Shown piece after piece: positions 43,933-53,717 of a stretch of DNA of 64,000 bases. This stretch comes from an uncultured virus (IMG/VR IMGVR_UViG_3300042297_000490). Its lineage: Duplodnaviria > Heunggongvirae > Uroviricota > Caudoviricetes. The stretch lies in the IMG/VR virus record IMGVR_UViG_3300042297_000490. One strand, given 5' to 3'. Every line of letters begins with the position of its first letter. Position 1 is the stretch's first letter. Below the pieces are notes generated by a model. It made no database searches. It saw only the letters and a program-made list of their open reading frames with translations, and was not told the origin of the DNA. The position numbers and the translations under genes are program-made.

Positions 43933-46900
43933 ATTCTTTCAGATAATAGTTAATAAAATTTCTTTGTGCTGTTTCTAAAGAGATGATGTTACTAAACTTA
44001 TTAGTAGCAAATAGATGTCCATGTCTATACCGAACGACAACATTTATTTCAGATAGTTTAATTGATAACTCCCCACTTTTTAATTTAACTTGAGCACATA
44101 CTGATTTAAACTCTAACGTGTATTTATCACGTATGAATTTTCTATGCGTCTTGTTTTGCACGATGACTTATTGTAAGATGTAATTGTGATTGTTCATCAA
44201 GTATGTCTAACAGTTCTCTGCTTGATGCACTACCATTATTGAAACGCATCATTAGTTCATTACTTTTTGCCATCATCCTTAACATATCGGTCTTATCTTT
44301 AAGATGACGTGACGACTCTTGCATATCATTACAAGATTGTTGTATCAAATTCTTTTTAGAGCGTTCAAATAATATCACGCCAATCATTAGTCCTAACGAT
44401 AGGCCTATAAAAAATATAATTAATTCCATTGTTTAAATTTTTAATTGTTAATACTATGGTGAGGATCGCCATTGATGTCATCTCCGGCATCCACCCATTA
44501 TTTCTTTAATCCTTTGATAATTTCTACTACTTTGTATGCTTCTTCTTCAGCAAATGTTATCATGTTTTCTTCATCGGAATCCCAACAACCATTGAACTTT
44601 TCACCGGATAGATGCATCATTTCGTGCATTACTAATCCCATTGTGTGAATGTCATCAGTACATCTTGACAGATTGATGAACACAAAGTTTTCGTTGTCTT
44701 TAGAATAATCGCCTGATAATTTTGGTACATAATTGCATAGGCCTGCTATGTATGCAATCTCTGTTGTATTTGAATGTGCTTCACATTCTGCTAACGATAG
44801 TCCATGCATTTCTGTTACATTAAAATGTGTAAACAAATCGCAAGGATTATAGGATAACAACAGTGTATAGAACGTAAACTTTATTGTAATCATTTTTCTT
44901 TTTTATTATTGTACCAAAACCAATCTTCTTTTATTTCTCTGTAGTCAACAGCGATGTCTGCTTTTAAACATGCTCTAAAGAATGTATTTTCGCTTGATTG
45001 TTCTTTGTTTATTATTGCAGTTGGAACTCCATCTACATCTACAAATTGAATCTTTTCACCATTGTTATTACTTGTTGGTGTTACATAACGAAGGAACCAT
45101 TCGTACATATCATTCCCATATTTTATAAGAATGAACTGTGTCTTACTGTGAATCATCAAAGCAAAATCAAGTTTGTGAACTATGTATTCACCACCGGTTC
45201 CACGATGTTCATTTATTCTACAACTTTTTTCATAGAATTTTAGATAGTCACGATCTAATTCTCGTTCCATTGTATTTTATTTTGATTGATAATCTTCACG
45301 TGGTATGATAAACATACATTTCATAACTCCATGTTGAATTAAATCCAATGGTAATAGAATGTGTGCATCAATAAGTGTGTTAAGTATTCCTTCGTTTTCG
45401 GAATAGTTTTTTACACAAACCATATCTTCTGATAAATAAATATCAGGCATATTGACTGAAGCAGTCATAAAGGGTTCACCTGTTTCTTGCTCGTATAATT
45501 GAATTGATGTGCGTTGATTGTTGTGATATTTTCCAAACACTATGTTGCAAGGAGTATCTGCGAATGTTATTGAATAGTTTTTCATTGTAATACTTTTTTG
45601 AGCCCTTCGGCAATTAAATCAATTACTTCTTGTCGTGTGTATTCTTTTTGAATTTTACCTTCACGAGAAATGTTTAGCATGTATTCTCTATACACAAAGG
45701 AACCAAGAGGATATGTTACATCGACTTTGGCTAATTTTACGTGTGTAATTTCAGTAGGTGGTGACGATGATAGTAAATGCCGAGCTTCCATTTGTCGCAA
45801 TAGAAACTCGGCTTTTTCACTATACTCTTGCATCATCTTCCAATTCACGTGTGAACCATTCTTGTAGTTCATCACGTAGTAGGTATTGACCGCTACGGTC
45901 TTGTCTATTACAAGCGTCAGTTAGTTTTTCAGGATTTGTGAATTTAACTATATACTCTAGCAACGTATAGTTGTATTCACAGATGTCGTTAAAGAGTACG
46001 TAGATACTTGAACCACGTAGTCCTAACTCTTCCATTTTGGATACCACGAACATACCAAGCATAAGGTTTTCCTTTACAAGATTACCTAATGCATGAGTGC
46101 ATCCTATATTACCCTCGGATATTTGAATGATTTTATCTCCTATTGTCATAATGCTTGTTTTTAAATTCTTCGATTTGAATTTCTAATTCTGTTGAATTGT
46201 ACGGAACGTACATTACATCAACCTCTGCGTTGTCATTGTATCTGATGTGTTTCTCTAGCAAGGTTATATATTCCATTGCTTGTTCTAGTTCCGCAGTAAC
46301 TGATTTCACTGGTTCTAAAGATAATTCTTCATCATCTAACAGTATAGAGATACATACTCTTAATCCTATTGTTATAGATAGTACAATGTAACATATCTCA
46401 AGGAGCCATTGTATCCAACTAAACTCGTATAGATTGACTGTACCACCTGCAAGTATAAGTTGCAATACAATTGATGAAAGGAATGCTATAGACGTTCCTG
46501 TGATGATTATTAGGGCTTTATTTATCGTTTTCATAAGTTTTAACTATATAATATTATTGTGGACTGATTTTGTTGGCATTGGGAATATGATGAATATGGT
46601 GTAGGGAATTCTTTCACATACACACAAAAACACCAATTATATTCGCAATCCTAGTTTAATTTCGATGAAATGGGTTTATTTGTCGACGAAATTGATTAAA
46701 ACCCCGTAATAAGGGTACTAAATGCGCTGTTTTCTTCGACGAATGATATAAAAACCACAGGTCAACCTCTGCTTTACAGTATGAGAGATTATGCCTGAAA
46801 CCCTGTGGTTTACGCTGAATGCTAATTGTGTGCGTGTAATGGAATTAGAATTGTATTAAATCTAAATAACCAAATGTGATCAAGAATGATACACCTATCT

Positions 46901-47039
46901 TAACCACGACACCACCATTATGGTAGTGATGTAGTAATGGTTCATTCTCTTTGTTAGCAAGTGCTTGTAGATTGTTGAACTCTGATTGTGTAACCAGTAC
47001 CTCTACATTGCTGTTCTCTTTTATTTGTTGTTCTGACAT
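43916..47039 (-). CDS. Cluster of small early-type genes (43916-44161, 44142-44429, 44498-44893 with HEMMH, 44890-45270, 45277-45585 DUF4313-like, 45582-45875, 45820-46149, 46133-46534 membrane, 46845-47039)
   Basis: Contiguous ORFs; GEPFMTASVN..VKNYSENEG resembles DUF4313. Confidence 0.55.
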
Positions 47040-47456
47040 TTTTTTATGGATTGTGGATTAATATTATGCGATGGAAAGATTACGATACATTGATGATAGT
47101 AACTTCCATTTAACTATGTACGTCACCTGCTTCATCGCAGATGAAGACTTGGGTATGCTTACTCTGCATACTATGGGATAGTAATTTCAGGGAGTTTGAA
47201 CCGGAGGTTCAGCCCTCGGAGAGCCGGAAATGTCGCTTGGCCCCACCGGCCTTAAAAACCTGGAAGGTTTTTAGCGAGGTGTCCATAGGTAAGCCTAGCC
47301 GGCAAGGAAATGGAATTTCCTTTTAAGGCGACACGAGAGCATCACACACTGCATACTATGGGATTGTAATTTAAACAAGAGAGCGTCACACGATGGGTGA
47401 GCAAGTGATAGTAATCTCTTACCAATCTCTTCTATCGTGGTTGACTTGTTACAAAA

Positions 47457-47492
47457 AAATATAGAGCAATCCCGAAGGACTGCTCTATATTT
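47457..47492 (-). terminator. Intrinsic terminator with cUUCGg loop
   Basis: Minus strand AAATATAGAGCAGTCC-TTCG-GGATTGCTCTATATTTTTTT directly after the stop at 47495. Confidence 0.8.
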
Positions 47493-47494
47493 AT

Positions 47495-48208
47495 TTACAG
47501 GTCATTAAGCATACTAAACAATGAACCTAACGCAGTAGCCTTGTCGTCTTTGTTTAATTTGGATATTACCTTAACAACATTCTCTGCCTTTTTATCGGCT
47601 TTCTTGCTGTCTTGAATTGCTTGGTAATCTTTTTGTTCCTGTAACTCAATACCTTGTTGGATTATTTCCGATGCCGATGCAAGTATTCTACCGTTGAAAG
47701 TTTTCGTGTACATTGTACCACGTTCTTGCATTGGTGTAATTGCTTGTTCTACAATCGGAAATAGCATTCCTCGAAAAGCCTCGTTAAAGTCTTTGATTTG
47801 AGAGTTGTACTCTTCTTCAAAAATGTTAACCAAATTTTGGTTAGTTAACGAAACTAAATGAGGACCAAAGTGGAACTGAAAGCGTAGTTTCTTGTTTGAA
47901 ACTGTGATTTTCTTGAATGCAAGCATTGCACAAGAAATATCAACGATAGCACCGCTTTCAGTAGTGGTATTGAATACTTTGTAATCAATACCTTGTAACC
48001 TTTCCGCAGGTTTAGCAACAACTTTCTCTTCGTTAGAAGAGGGTGTTGGTTCATCATCAGCATCATCTCCAAGTTTATCTTGGATTTCTTTTGCTAATGT
48101 TTTTAACTCGTCCAATTTCATTGGTGTTAATTGGTCCGTAGTTAATGGATTTGCTAACAAACCTGCATTGTTAGCAATAAAATCGATGTGTTCTTGTTTA
48201 GTTTTCAT
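47495..48208 (-). CDS. Hypothetical early protein
   Basis: ORF starting MKTKQEH, flanked by hairpin-box elements and a terminator. Confidence 0.7.
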   Translation of the reverse strand: MKTKQEHIDFIANNAGLLANPLTTDQLTPMKLDELKTLAKEIQDKLGDDADDEPTPSSNEEKVVAKPAERLQGIDYKVFNTTTESGAIVDISCAMLAFKKITVSNKKLRFQFHFGPHLVSLTNQNLVNIFEEEYNSQIKDFNEAFRGMLFPIVEQAITPMQERGTMYTKTFNGRILASASEIIQQGIELQEQKDYQAIQDSKKADKKAENVVKVISKLNKDDKATALGSLFSMLNDL

Positions 48209-48883
48209 AGCGAAAAATTTAAACATTAATAAAATAAAAGTCAATTGTTTTCGTACAATTGAAAATGAAAACGGTCTTAATTAAAATGCGAAGCAAATAT
48301 GCGAAGCAACCCGTTAGGGGAAAAGAAGACTTTAGTCTTCAGATTAAGATAACCGCAATGGGTGTGCGTGTAGCGAATTTATTCGCGTTATTAAGATAAC
48401 CGCTGTGAGCGTAAGGCGAACAGATGGGCGTGGGTGTCAGGTCGTGTACGTCAGGGTATCAGTGCGCAAACTTGTTTGCGTGGGCCAGTACTTCAGGGTA
48501 TGCGTGACATTACGAAGTAATGAGGAACCGCGAAGCGGTTACTATCATCATACAGCACACACCACACAAGGGTTATGATATACACACAACAACCAATACG
48601 ATAGTCACATGCTGATAGACGCTGAACATAATGATGTGACAAGGCTGATAGACACTGATGAACTATGGATGATAGACACTGCAGATCAAATGATATGACC
48701 AAGCTACACATCTCTGTGCAACCTGGTCTTTATATCTACCACCATTGCTGGTTACTACTACCTCTATGACGCACAGACTTCCTTGCCTGTTTGTCATTAT
48801 ATTTCTTAGCCTTTGCGTATCCGCAACTGCTATGTGTAGTAGCACATGATGTTACCACCATTGCTACTACCAATATCATTACT

Positions 48884-50343
48884 CTAATCATATCTGTATG
48901 TTTTAAAGAATACAACAGTACTCTTGATTGTTAATAAACTAATAGGCATACATATAAGGAAGCCTACTAAATGTTTAGCGCAGGTGAAACCTGAATACAC
49001 TATTCCTGTTGCCAACACTACGTGTATGATGCTAAGTATTGTAGCAATAAATGCTACAATGATTAATGTTCCAGCAATGATGTGAAACATTAACGAATTC
49101 ATTTTAACTTTCATAATAATAAATTTAAAATAGAGGGTGAGATACACCACCCTCTTTAGTGTTTATAGTTCAATTGAACCATTGTTCTTTTTATACCCTG
49201 CTCTATACTTTTGATATGGTGGTAACATTACCGCACCATACCAACATACAAAGGCGCATGCAGATGCACACGCACAGATAGTAGGCATGTGTTCCATACC
49301 TGCAAAGATTGCTGTTATCAATCCGAATAAAGCAACAGCAATTAATTTTAAATAAGTGTTTGACATTTTCATAATCGTTTAGTTTAAAATGGGGAGTGAG
49401 ATACACCACTCCCCTAAGTGTTTACTTATCTTATAAGTCCAGACAATTGTTTGTCTGTCTTATGTGTTATATAACTGCAATTAATGTATTCAGGTTCTTT
49501 AGAGTATGTGTAGTCATCTACACAACCGTTAAACATTCTTACTTCTTGGCCACACACCAAGAAGAACCCATTACCTTGTACTACTTTATAATCATTCATA
49601 ATCTTTTTTTTAAATATTAATAAATAAGACTTTAGTCTTAGGGTTAAGATAACAACAGTACATTAAAGATTGCAGATTGACGTGCTCTTCACACCTTGTT
49701 TCAATCTGCAATCCCTGTTGTTAGTTATTGTTCATTAGCATAACACGCAGGCATCTCGCCATAAGTCTTTTGGTATGCTATAATATATGCTTGCTTCTGT
49801 TGTTCTAACTTAGCAAGCATCTCTTCTTTAAACTGCTCACACATCTGTGTAACAGTTAATTCTTTTTTATCTTCCATCTTGTTTAGTTTTAATGGGTTAA
49901 TAATAAAATAGATGATGCTGTATTACATCATCTGTCAATCGCCTTCGGTATAATACACTACCTATCTTTTACCAAGCCAAAGAGTAGGCTATTATTTTTT
50001 TAAAGACTTTAGTCTTTAGAGTAAAATAAATACTAATAAGCGTGGCTGTTACACCACGCGTATTAGTTTAGAATGGAAGGTCATCACATTCTTCTTGTAC
50101 ACTTGGTTTTTGTACCATGGTCAAGCGGTGTAGCCTGTCATTCATTGCCATATAGTATGACATATTAAATGTAATGGCGTACATATTGCCATCGTCATCT
50201 ACATCGTGGTACTCATCCGCATATTCCGAACGTGTTACATGTATGGCATAGTGAAGTTCATCTAACTTCTCTTGACCAAATTCCACCAAGAATTGCAACT
50301 CTAATGCAGGCAATCCTTTCAATAATTCATTCCAGTTACTCAT
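48884..50343 (-). CDS. Five small early genes (48884-49114 membrane, 49163-49372 membrane, 49426-49599, 49725-49877, 50068-50343)
   Basis: ATG starts with A/T-rich leaders; two translated by hand (57 and 50 aa); separated by hairpins. Confidence 0.6.
49124..49424. repeat. Two 42-bp intergenic hairpin repeats (49124-49165, 49383-49424)
   Basis: TTTAAAAT-8-bp stem-AGATACAC-stem-TWAGTGTTTA, with three compensatory base-pair changes. Confidence 0.8.
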
Positions 50344-50741
50344 AATATATATTTTTAAAAGACTTTAGTCTTTGGAGTAAGATAATTACATATATATGTA
50401 GGTCGGTGGCTCCGCCCTGGTCCTCGGTAGGATGAGAGTCAGGCTGTGCCCTGATTGGGTGTGGTGTGTTGGATGTACTGATGCACACTGTGTGCGGTGG
50501 TGTTCTTCCGCCAGGAAGAATTGTAGGTATGGTACTTGAATTTATTCAAGCTGCTAGCAAACATAGGGGGTACACCCAAGCTACGAAGTAGCCGGGGGTT
50601 TTTATATAGAAGGACCCCCACAAACACTTACATCTCCGATTTTCAAATTACCCAAAATTTTTTTTGGAATTACCCTCTGGAATATACTAATATAGAGCAT
50701 TTTTCTAACTGGTTGATTGCTACAGAATTGTAATGATTACT

Positions 50742-50846
50742 TGCACCCAAAAAGGTGCAGACTCTCTTCTACAACCTAATGAATACGTTGATGCCTGCAC
50801 CAAAAAAGGTGCAAATAAATTTCATCATTGCACCAAAAAAGGTGCA
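50742..50846. repeat. Three 18-bp palindromes TGCACC-N6-GGTGCA (50742-50759, 50796-50813, 50829-50846)
   Basis: Read directly; 17-18 of 18 positions identical. Confidence 0.9.
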
Positions 50847-50864
50847 CAGCATACAAAAATTGAT

Positions 50865-50872
50865 TATATTTG
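50865..50872 (+). promoter_or_regulatory. Bacteroidota-type -7 promoter element
   Basis: TATATTTG 4 nt before the ATG at 50877. Confidence 0.6.
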
Positions 50873-50876
50873 TACC

Positions 50877-51365
50877 ATGATTAAACCAATAGTTAATAAG
50901 GTAAAGAGCAATGGAACACTGGTGGATACTTCTACTGGCGAGGTTCTTCCTGAAGGAACTACAGTGAATATTATCAATGAAGACTTGGTGATTGTACACA
51001 GTGATGAATATGTAGTTATCGATTCCAAAGCATTAATATATATCCTGGAACATTTCACGCCTGTTGATTATGGGCGCATCTTGAAGATGGCCAATATGAC
51101 CAATGGTAGTTACAATATTTTGTATGTTGATCGCAAGGTTCCTCACACAGATACGACATTGATGGAAGAGTTGAAGTACACACGTAACAAGTATGCTGAT
51201 TTTATGAAGAGGTTGTACAAAGGTGGTGTTGTGTATTATATTAATGGTGTGAAAGATGGTGTAGAATTTAAACACATAATGTTGAATCCACATCTTGCAC
51301 GCAAACGCAAGACTATTGCAAAAGATTGCTTGATTTATTTTGATGAATTAGTTGAAAAAAGATAA
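50877..51365 (+). CDS. RepL-like (plasmid replication/HTH) protein
   Basis: VDTSTGEV N-terminus, HTH-like core, MLNPHLARK C-terminus; the upstream extension in the ORF track merely translates the palindromes. Confidence 0.6.
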   Translation: MIKPIVNKVKSNGTLVDTSTGEVLPEGTTVNIINEDLVIVHSDEYVVIDSKALIYILEHFTPVDYGRILKMANMTNGSYNILYVDRKVPHTDTTLMEELKYTRNKYADFMKRLYKGGVVYYINGVKDGVEFKHIMLNPHLARKRKTIAKDCLIYFDELVEKR

Positions 51366-51367
51366 GC

Positions 51368-51804
51368 ATGAAAGTTCTTTATATTATAATCATTTTGATT
51401 ACAGGTTGTTCTTCCTATAGTAGTATCCATAACGAAGATCTGGTACGCAGAAGAAATGAAATGATGAAACAGGATTATAAGATGAAACGTGATATGCAAA
51501 AGGCAAGGGTGCGAGCAACACCAAAAAAGAAAAGAGTGAAACACGCTAAAGCAAAAAGAAAATTTATATGAGAATAATTACCATTTTTAAGAACCAGTGC
51601 AAAATGAAAATGTATATTTCATCTTGGTGTATGGGAATTGGACTTGACCAATTAACTCCAGTGTATAAAAAACATATTTCCGAACACATTGTTCGCAGGT
51701 ATGATAATCCAGAAGAGTTCAAACACAATGCAAATAAATCGGATGTAGTTCCTTTTTGCAAACAGGTATTCAATTATAACAAACGAGCTAAAAACAGACA
51801 TTGA
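51368..51804 (+). CDS. Small putative lipoprotein (51368-51571, LITGC) and hypothetical gene (51568-51804)
   Basis: Hydrophobic signal plus lipobox; ATGA overlap. Confidence 0.5.
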
Positions 51805-51805
51805 T

Positions 51806-52222
51806 ATGTGGATATACGAAGGTAAAGAATTTTTGGAAGAGCATGTTCCAGAAGATGGCTTTGGTTTCATTTATGAAATGGCGGCTATCGTTGATGGGAA
51901 ATCAGTTCGATACATTGGTAAAAAGAATTTTTTTGCAGATGTTAAAACAAAATTGGCAAAGAAAGATATGCCAACAGACAAGCGATTGAAGACCTATACA
52001 AGAAAGCGCAAGTTTACATATCAAAATTACTTTAGTAGTAATGAAGTATTGAAAACTGCACACAAAGATGGTGTGGTTATCAAACGTGAGATTGTACGCA
52101 TCTGCAAAAGCAAAACCGAATTGTCGTATTGGGAAACCAAGTTACAATTTGTATATGGCGTATTGGAGTCCGATGAATTTCTGAATGGAAACATACTCGG
52201 AAAGTTTTACAACATAAAGTAA
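51806..52222 (+). CDS. GIY-YIG-like nuclease
   Basis: GFIY...YIGKK...YFSS...E...NGNI. Confidence 0.65.
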   Translation: MWIYEGKEFLEEHVPEDGFGFIYEMAAIVDGKSVRYIGKKNFFADVKTKLAKKDMPTDKRLKTYTRKRKFTYQNYFSSNEVLKTAHKDGVVIKREIVRICKSKTELSYWETKLQFVYGVLESDEFLNGNILGKFYNIK

Positions 52223-52803
52223 TGACCATGGGTAAATTTAGAGATCGCTTGATAGCAGAAGGCTGTTATAACTTTGAATGGGATATTATGGATAGAAACC
52301 AACAAACAGAATATATGGATTTAAGTAGAGAAGAGCTAGATGCTAAATTAGAGTATCTAAGAAGAAAGGAAAAAATTAATGAAGCTTACAGTGTAATTCA
52401 ACAAATAAATAATATGAACTCAACACAAGAAATCAGAGAAGAATCTGAAAATGTATTTGCGAAAGCTAATGTAGGTGAAACACAACCTACAAGAGAAGTA
52501 TCAATGAATCCATTATTGCAAGATATGGCAGATACATTTACTGCATGTTTCGAAACAGCAACAAGAAAAAATCACGACTATGGTGGAAGTAACAATGATC
52601 CTTTTGCAAACTTTAGAAATTCTACTATTGCAGGAGTGTCTGTAGAACGTGGAATTTTGGTAAGGTTGATGGATAAGATGTCGCGCATCTCAACATTGCT
52701 TGACAAGGAAGCTATGGTAAAGGATGAAGCAGTTGATGATACTATCGATGATGCAATTAATTACCTTGCAATTTTAAAGTCTTACAGAAAACAAAACAAG
52801 TAG
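52222..52803 (+). CDS. DUF1599/nucleotide-modification-associated domain protein
   Basis: RKNHDYG, VRLMDKMSRI, DTIDDAINY. Confidence 0.7.
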   Translation: MTMGKFRDRLIAEGCYNFEWDIMDRNQQTEYMDLSREELDAKLEYLRRKEKINEAYSVIQQINNMNSTQEIREESENVFAKANVGETQPTREVSMNPLLQDMADTFTACFETATRKNHDYGGSNNDPFANFRNSTIAGVSVERGILVRLMDKMSRISTLLDKEAMVKDEAVDDTIDDAINYLAILKSYRKQNK

Positions 52804-52865
52804 TATGCCTGAAGGTTATTTTTTAAACAGTATGTATGAGATCACAAGGTTGATCTACGAGTACA

Positions 52866-53462
52866 ATGAATCAAAAAACAAATAGTATGAATCAGTACAC
52901 AAAAAAACCAGTGACAATTTCTGCAGTGCAGTGGACTGGAAGCAACAGAGTTGAAATTGAAGAGTTCTTTGATGGAAATGACAAAGGTGAGTTCAAAGGT
53001 GATGGTCTTTTCATATCCACGTTAGAAGGAACAATGAGAGCATCGAAAGGCGATTACATTATCCAGGGAATTGAAGGTGAGTTCTATCCATGTAAGCCAG
53101 ACATCTTTGACAAAACGTACAATGTTGCAGGTGATCTTGGTGATGTATCTGATGGATACCATACGTTCAATGAGTTGTATGAGTTCAGAAAAATGTACAA
53201 TGCTGTATTGTTTAATGAATGGGCTAAACAAGGATTGTATGAAGTACATAAATCAATTAGACATAACGATGGTGAAGCTTGTTTTGATGGGAAATGGTTT
53301 GTTGTAGTAGCAATTCTTCCTACAGGACAGATTACTAATCACTATGAAATGAAAGATTGGTCATTATTTCAAGCACCAGTAAAAGAAAAAGCGTTGTATC
53401 CTTTTGATGGACACACCGGAAACGATGTATTAACAAGGTTAAAAGACTTAACCAAAAAATAA
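52866..53462 (+). CDS. Two-domain phage protein (PGDYG-like + DGYHTFNELY...FDGH domain)
   Basis: KKPV..AVQW..TLEG...GDYII.G..GEFYPCKPDIF fused to a second conserved-looking domain. Confidence 0.6.
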   Translation: MNQKTNSMNQYTKKPVTISAVQWTGSNRVEIEEFFDGNDKGEFKGDGLFISTLEGTMRASKGDYIIQGIEGEFYPCKPDIFDKTYNVAGDLGDVSDGYHTFNELYEFRKMYNAVLFNEWAKQGLYEVHKSIRHNDGEACFDGKWFVVVAILPTGQITNHYEMKDWSLFQAPVKEKALYPFDGHTGNDVLTRLKDLTKK

Positions 53463-53467
53463 ATAAG

Positions 53468-53710
53468 ATGGCTAAAGAAGTAGAATTAGAATTAAATTTG
53501 GAAAAACCTGAAAATGTACAGGCCTATCAAGAAAGAGTTTTTGATGAACTTAATGACTTGGTTGTTAGATACAATGCACTTGTTACATTTATTGCTGGTG
53601 AAATATTTAGCACCGTTCCATCAAATGAACGTGCAAGATTAACATTGCAATCTACAATAATGAGATCGTACATTTTAGTATTGAAACAAAGAATTAGTAA
53701 CTTTAATTAA
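53468..53710 (+). CDS. crAss001_48-like small helical protein
   Basis: YQERV..EL..L....L..FI...F.......L..Q..IM.SY..VL..RI. Confidence 0.6.
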   Translation: MAKEVELELNLEKPENVQAYQERVFDELNDLVVRYNALVTFIAGEIFSTVPSNERARLTLQSTIMRSYILVLKQRISNFN

Positions 53711-53717
53711 AAAAATC

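Larger units (their letters stand above)
48325..50385 (-). promoter_or_regulatory. Five copies of a stem-TTTA-stem...TAAGATAA element (48325-48352, 48373-48399, 49625-49652, 50001-50029, 50358-50385)
   Basis: Same loop, fixed 10-nt spacing from loop to box, all intergenic and upstream of leftward ORFs. Confidence 0.7.

Noticed and set aside
7738..46391. Numerous + strand ORFs of 60-150 aa inside the leftward arm
   Set aside because: Antisense shadows of real genes (Ser/Phe/Ile-rich); only 29203-29517 occupies its own gap
47141..48845. ORF-track entries 47141-47326, 47854-48072, 48493-48711 and 48663-48845
   Set aside because: Atypical composition; they overlap hairpins, repeats or a real gene; likely spurious
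48325..50385. CRISPR array
   Set aside because: Repeats are irregularly spaced (48 bp to 1.2 kb), separated by genes, and no cas genes are present
50733..50876. N-terminal CTKKGA repeats of the 210-aa ORF as a protein repeat
   Set aside because: They are translations of DNA palindromes; a promoter element and ATG at 50877 explain the gene better
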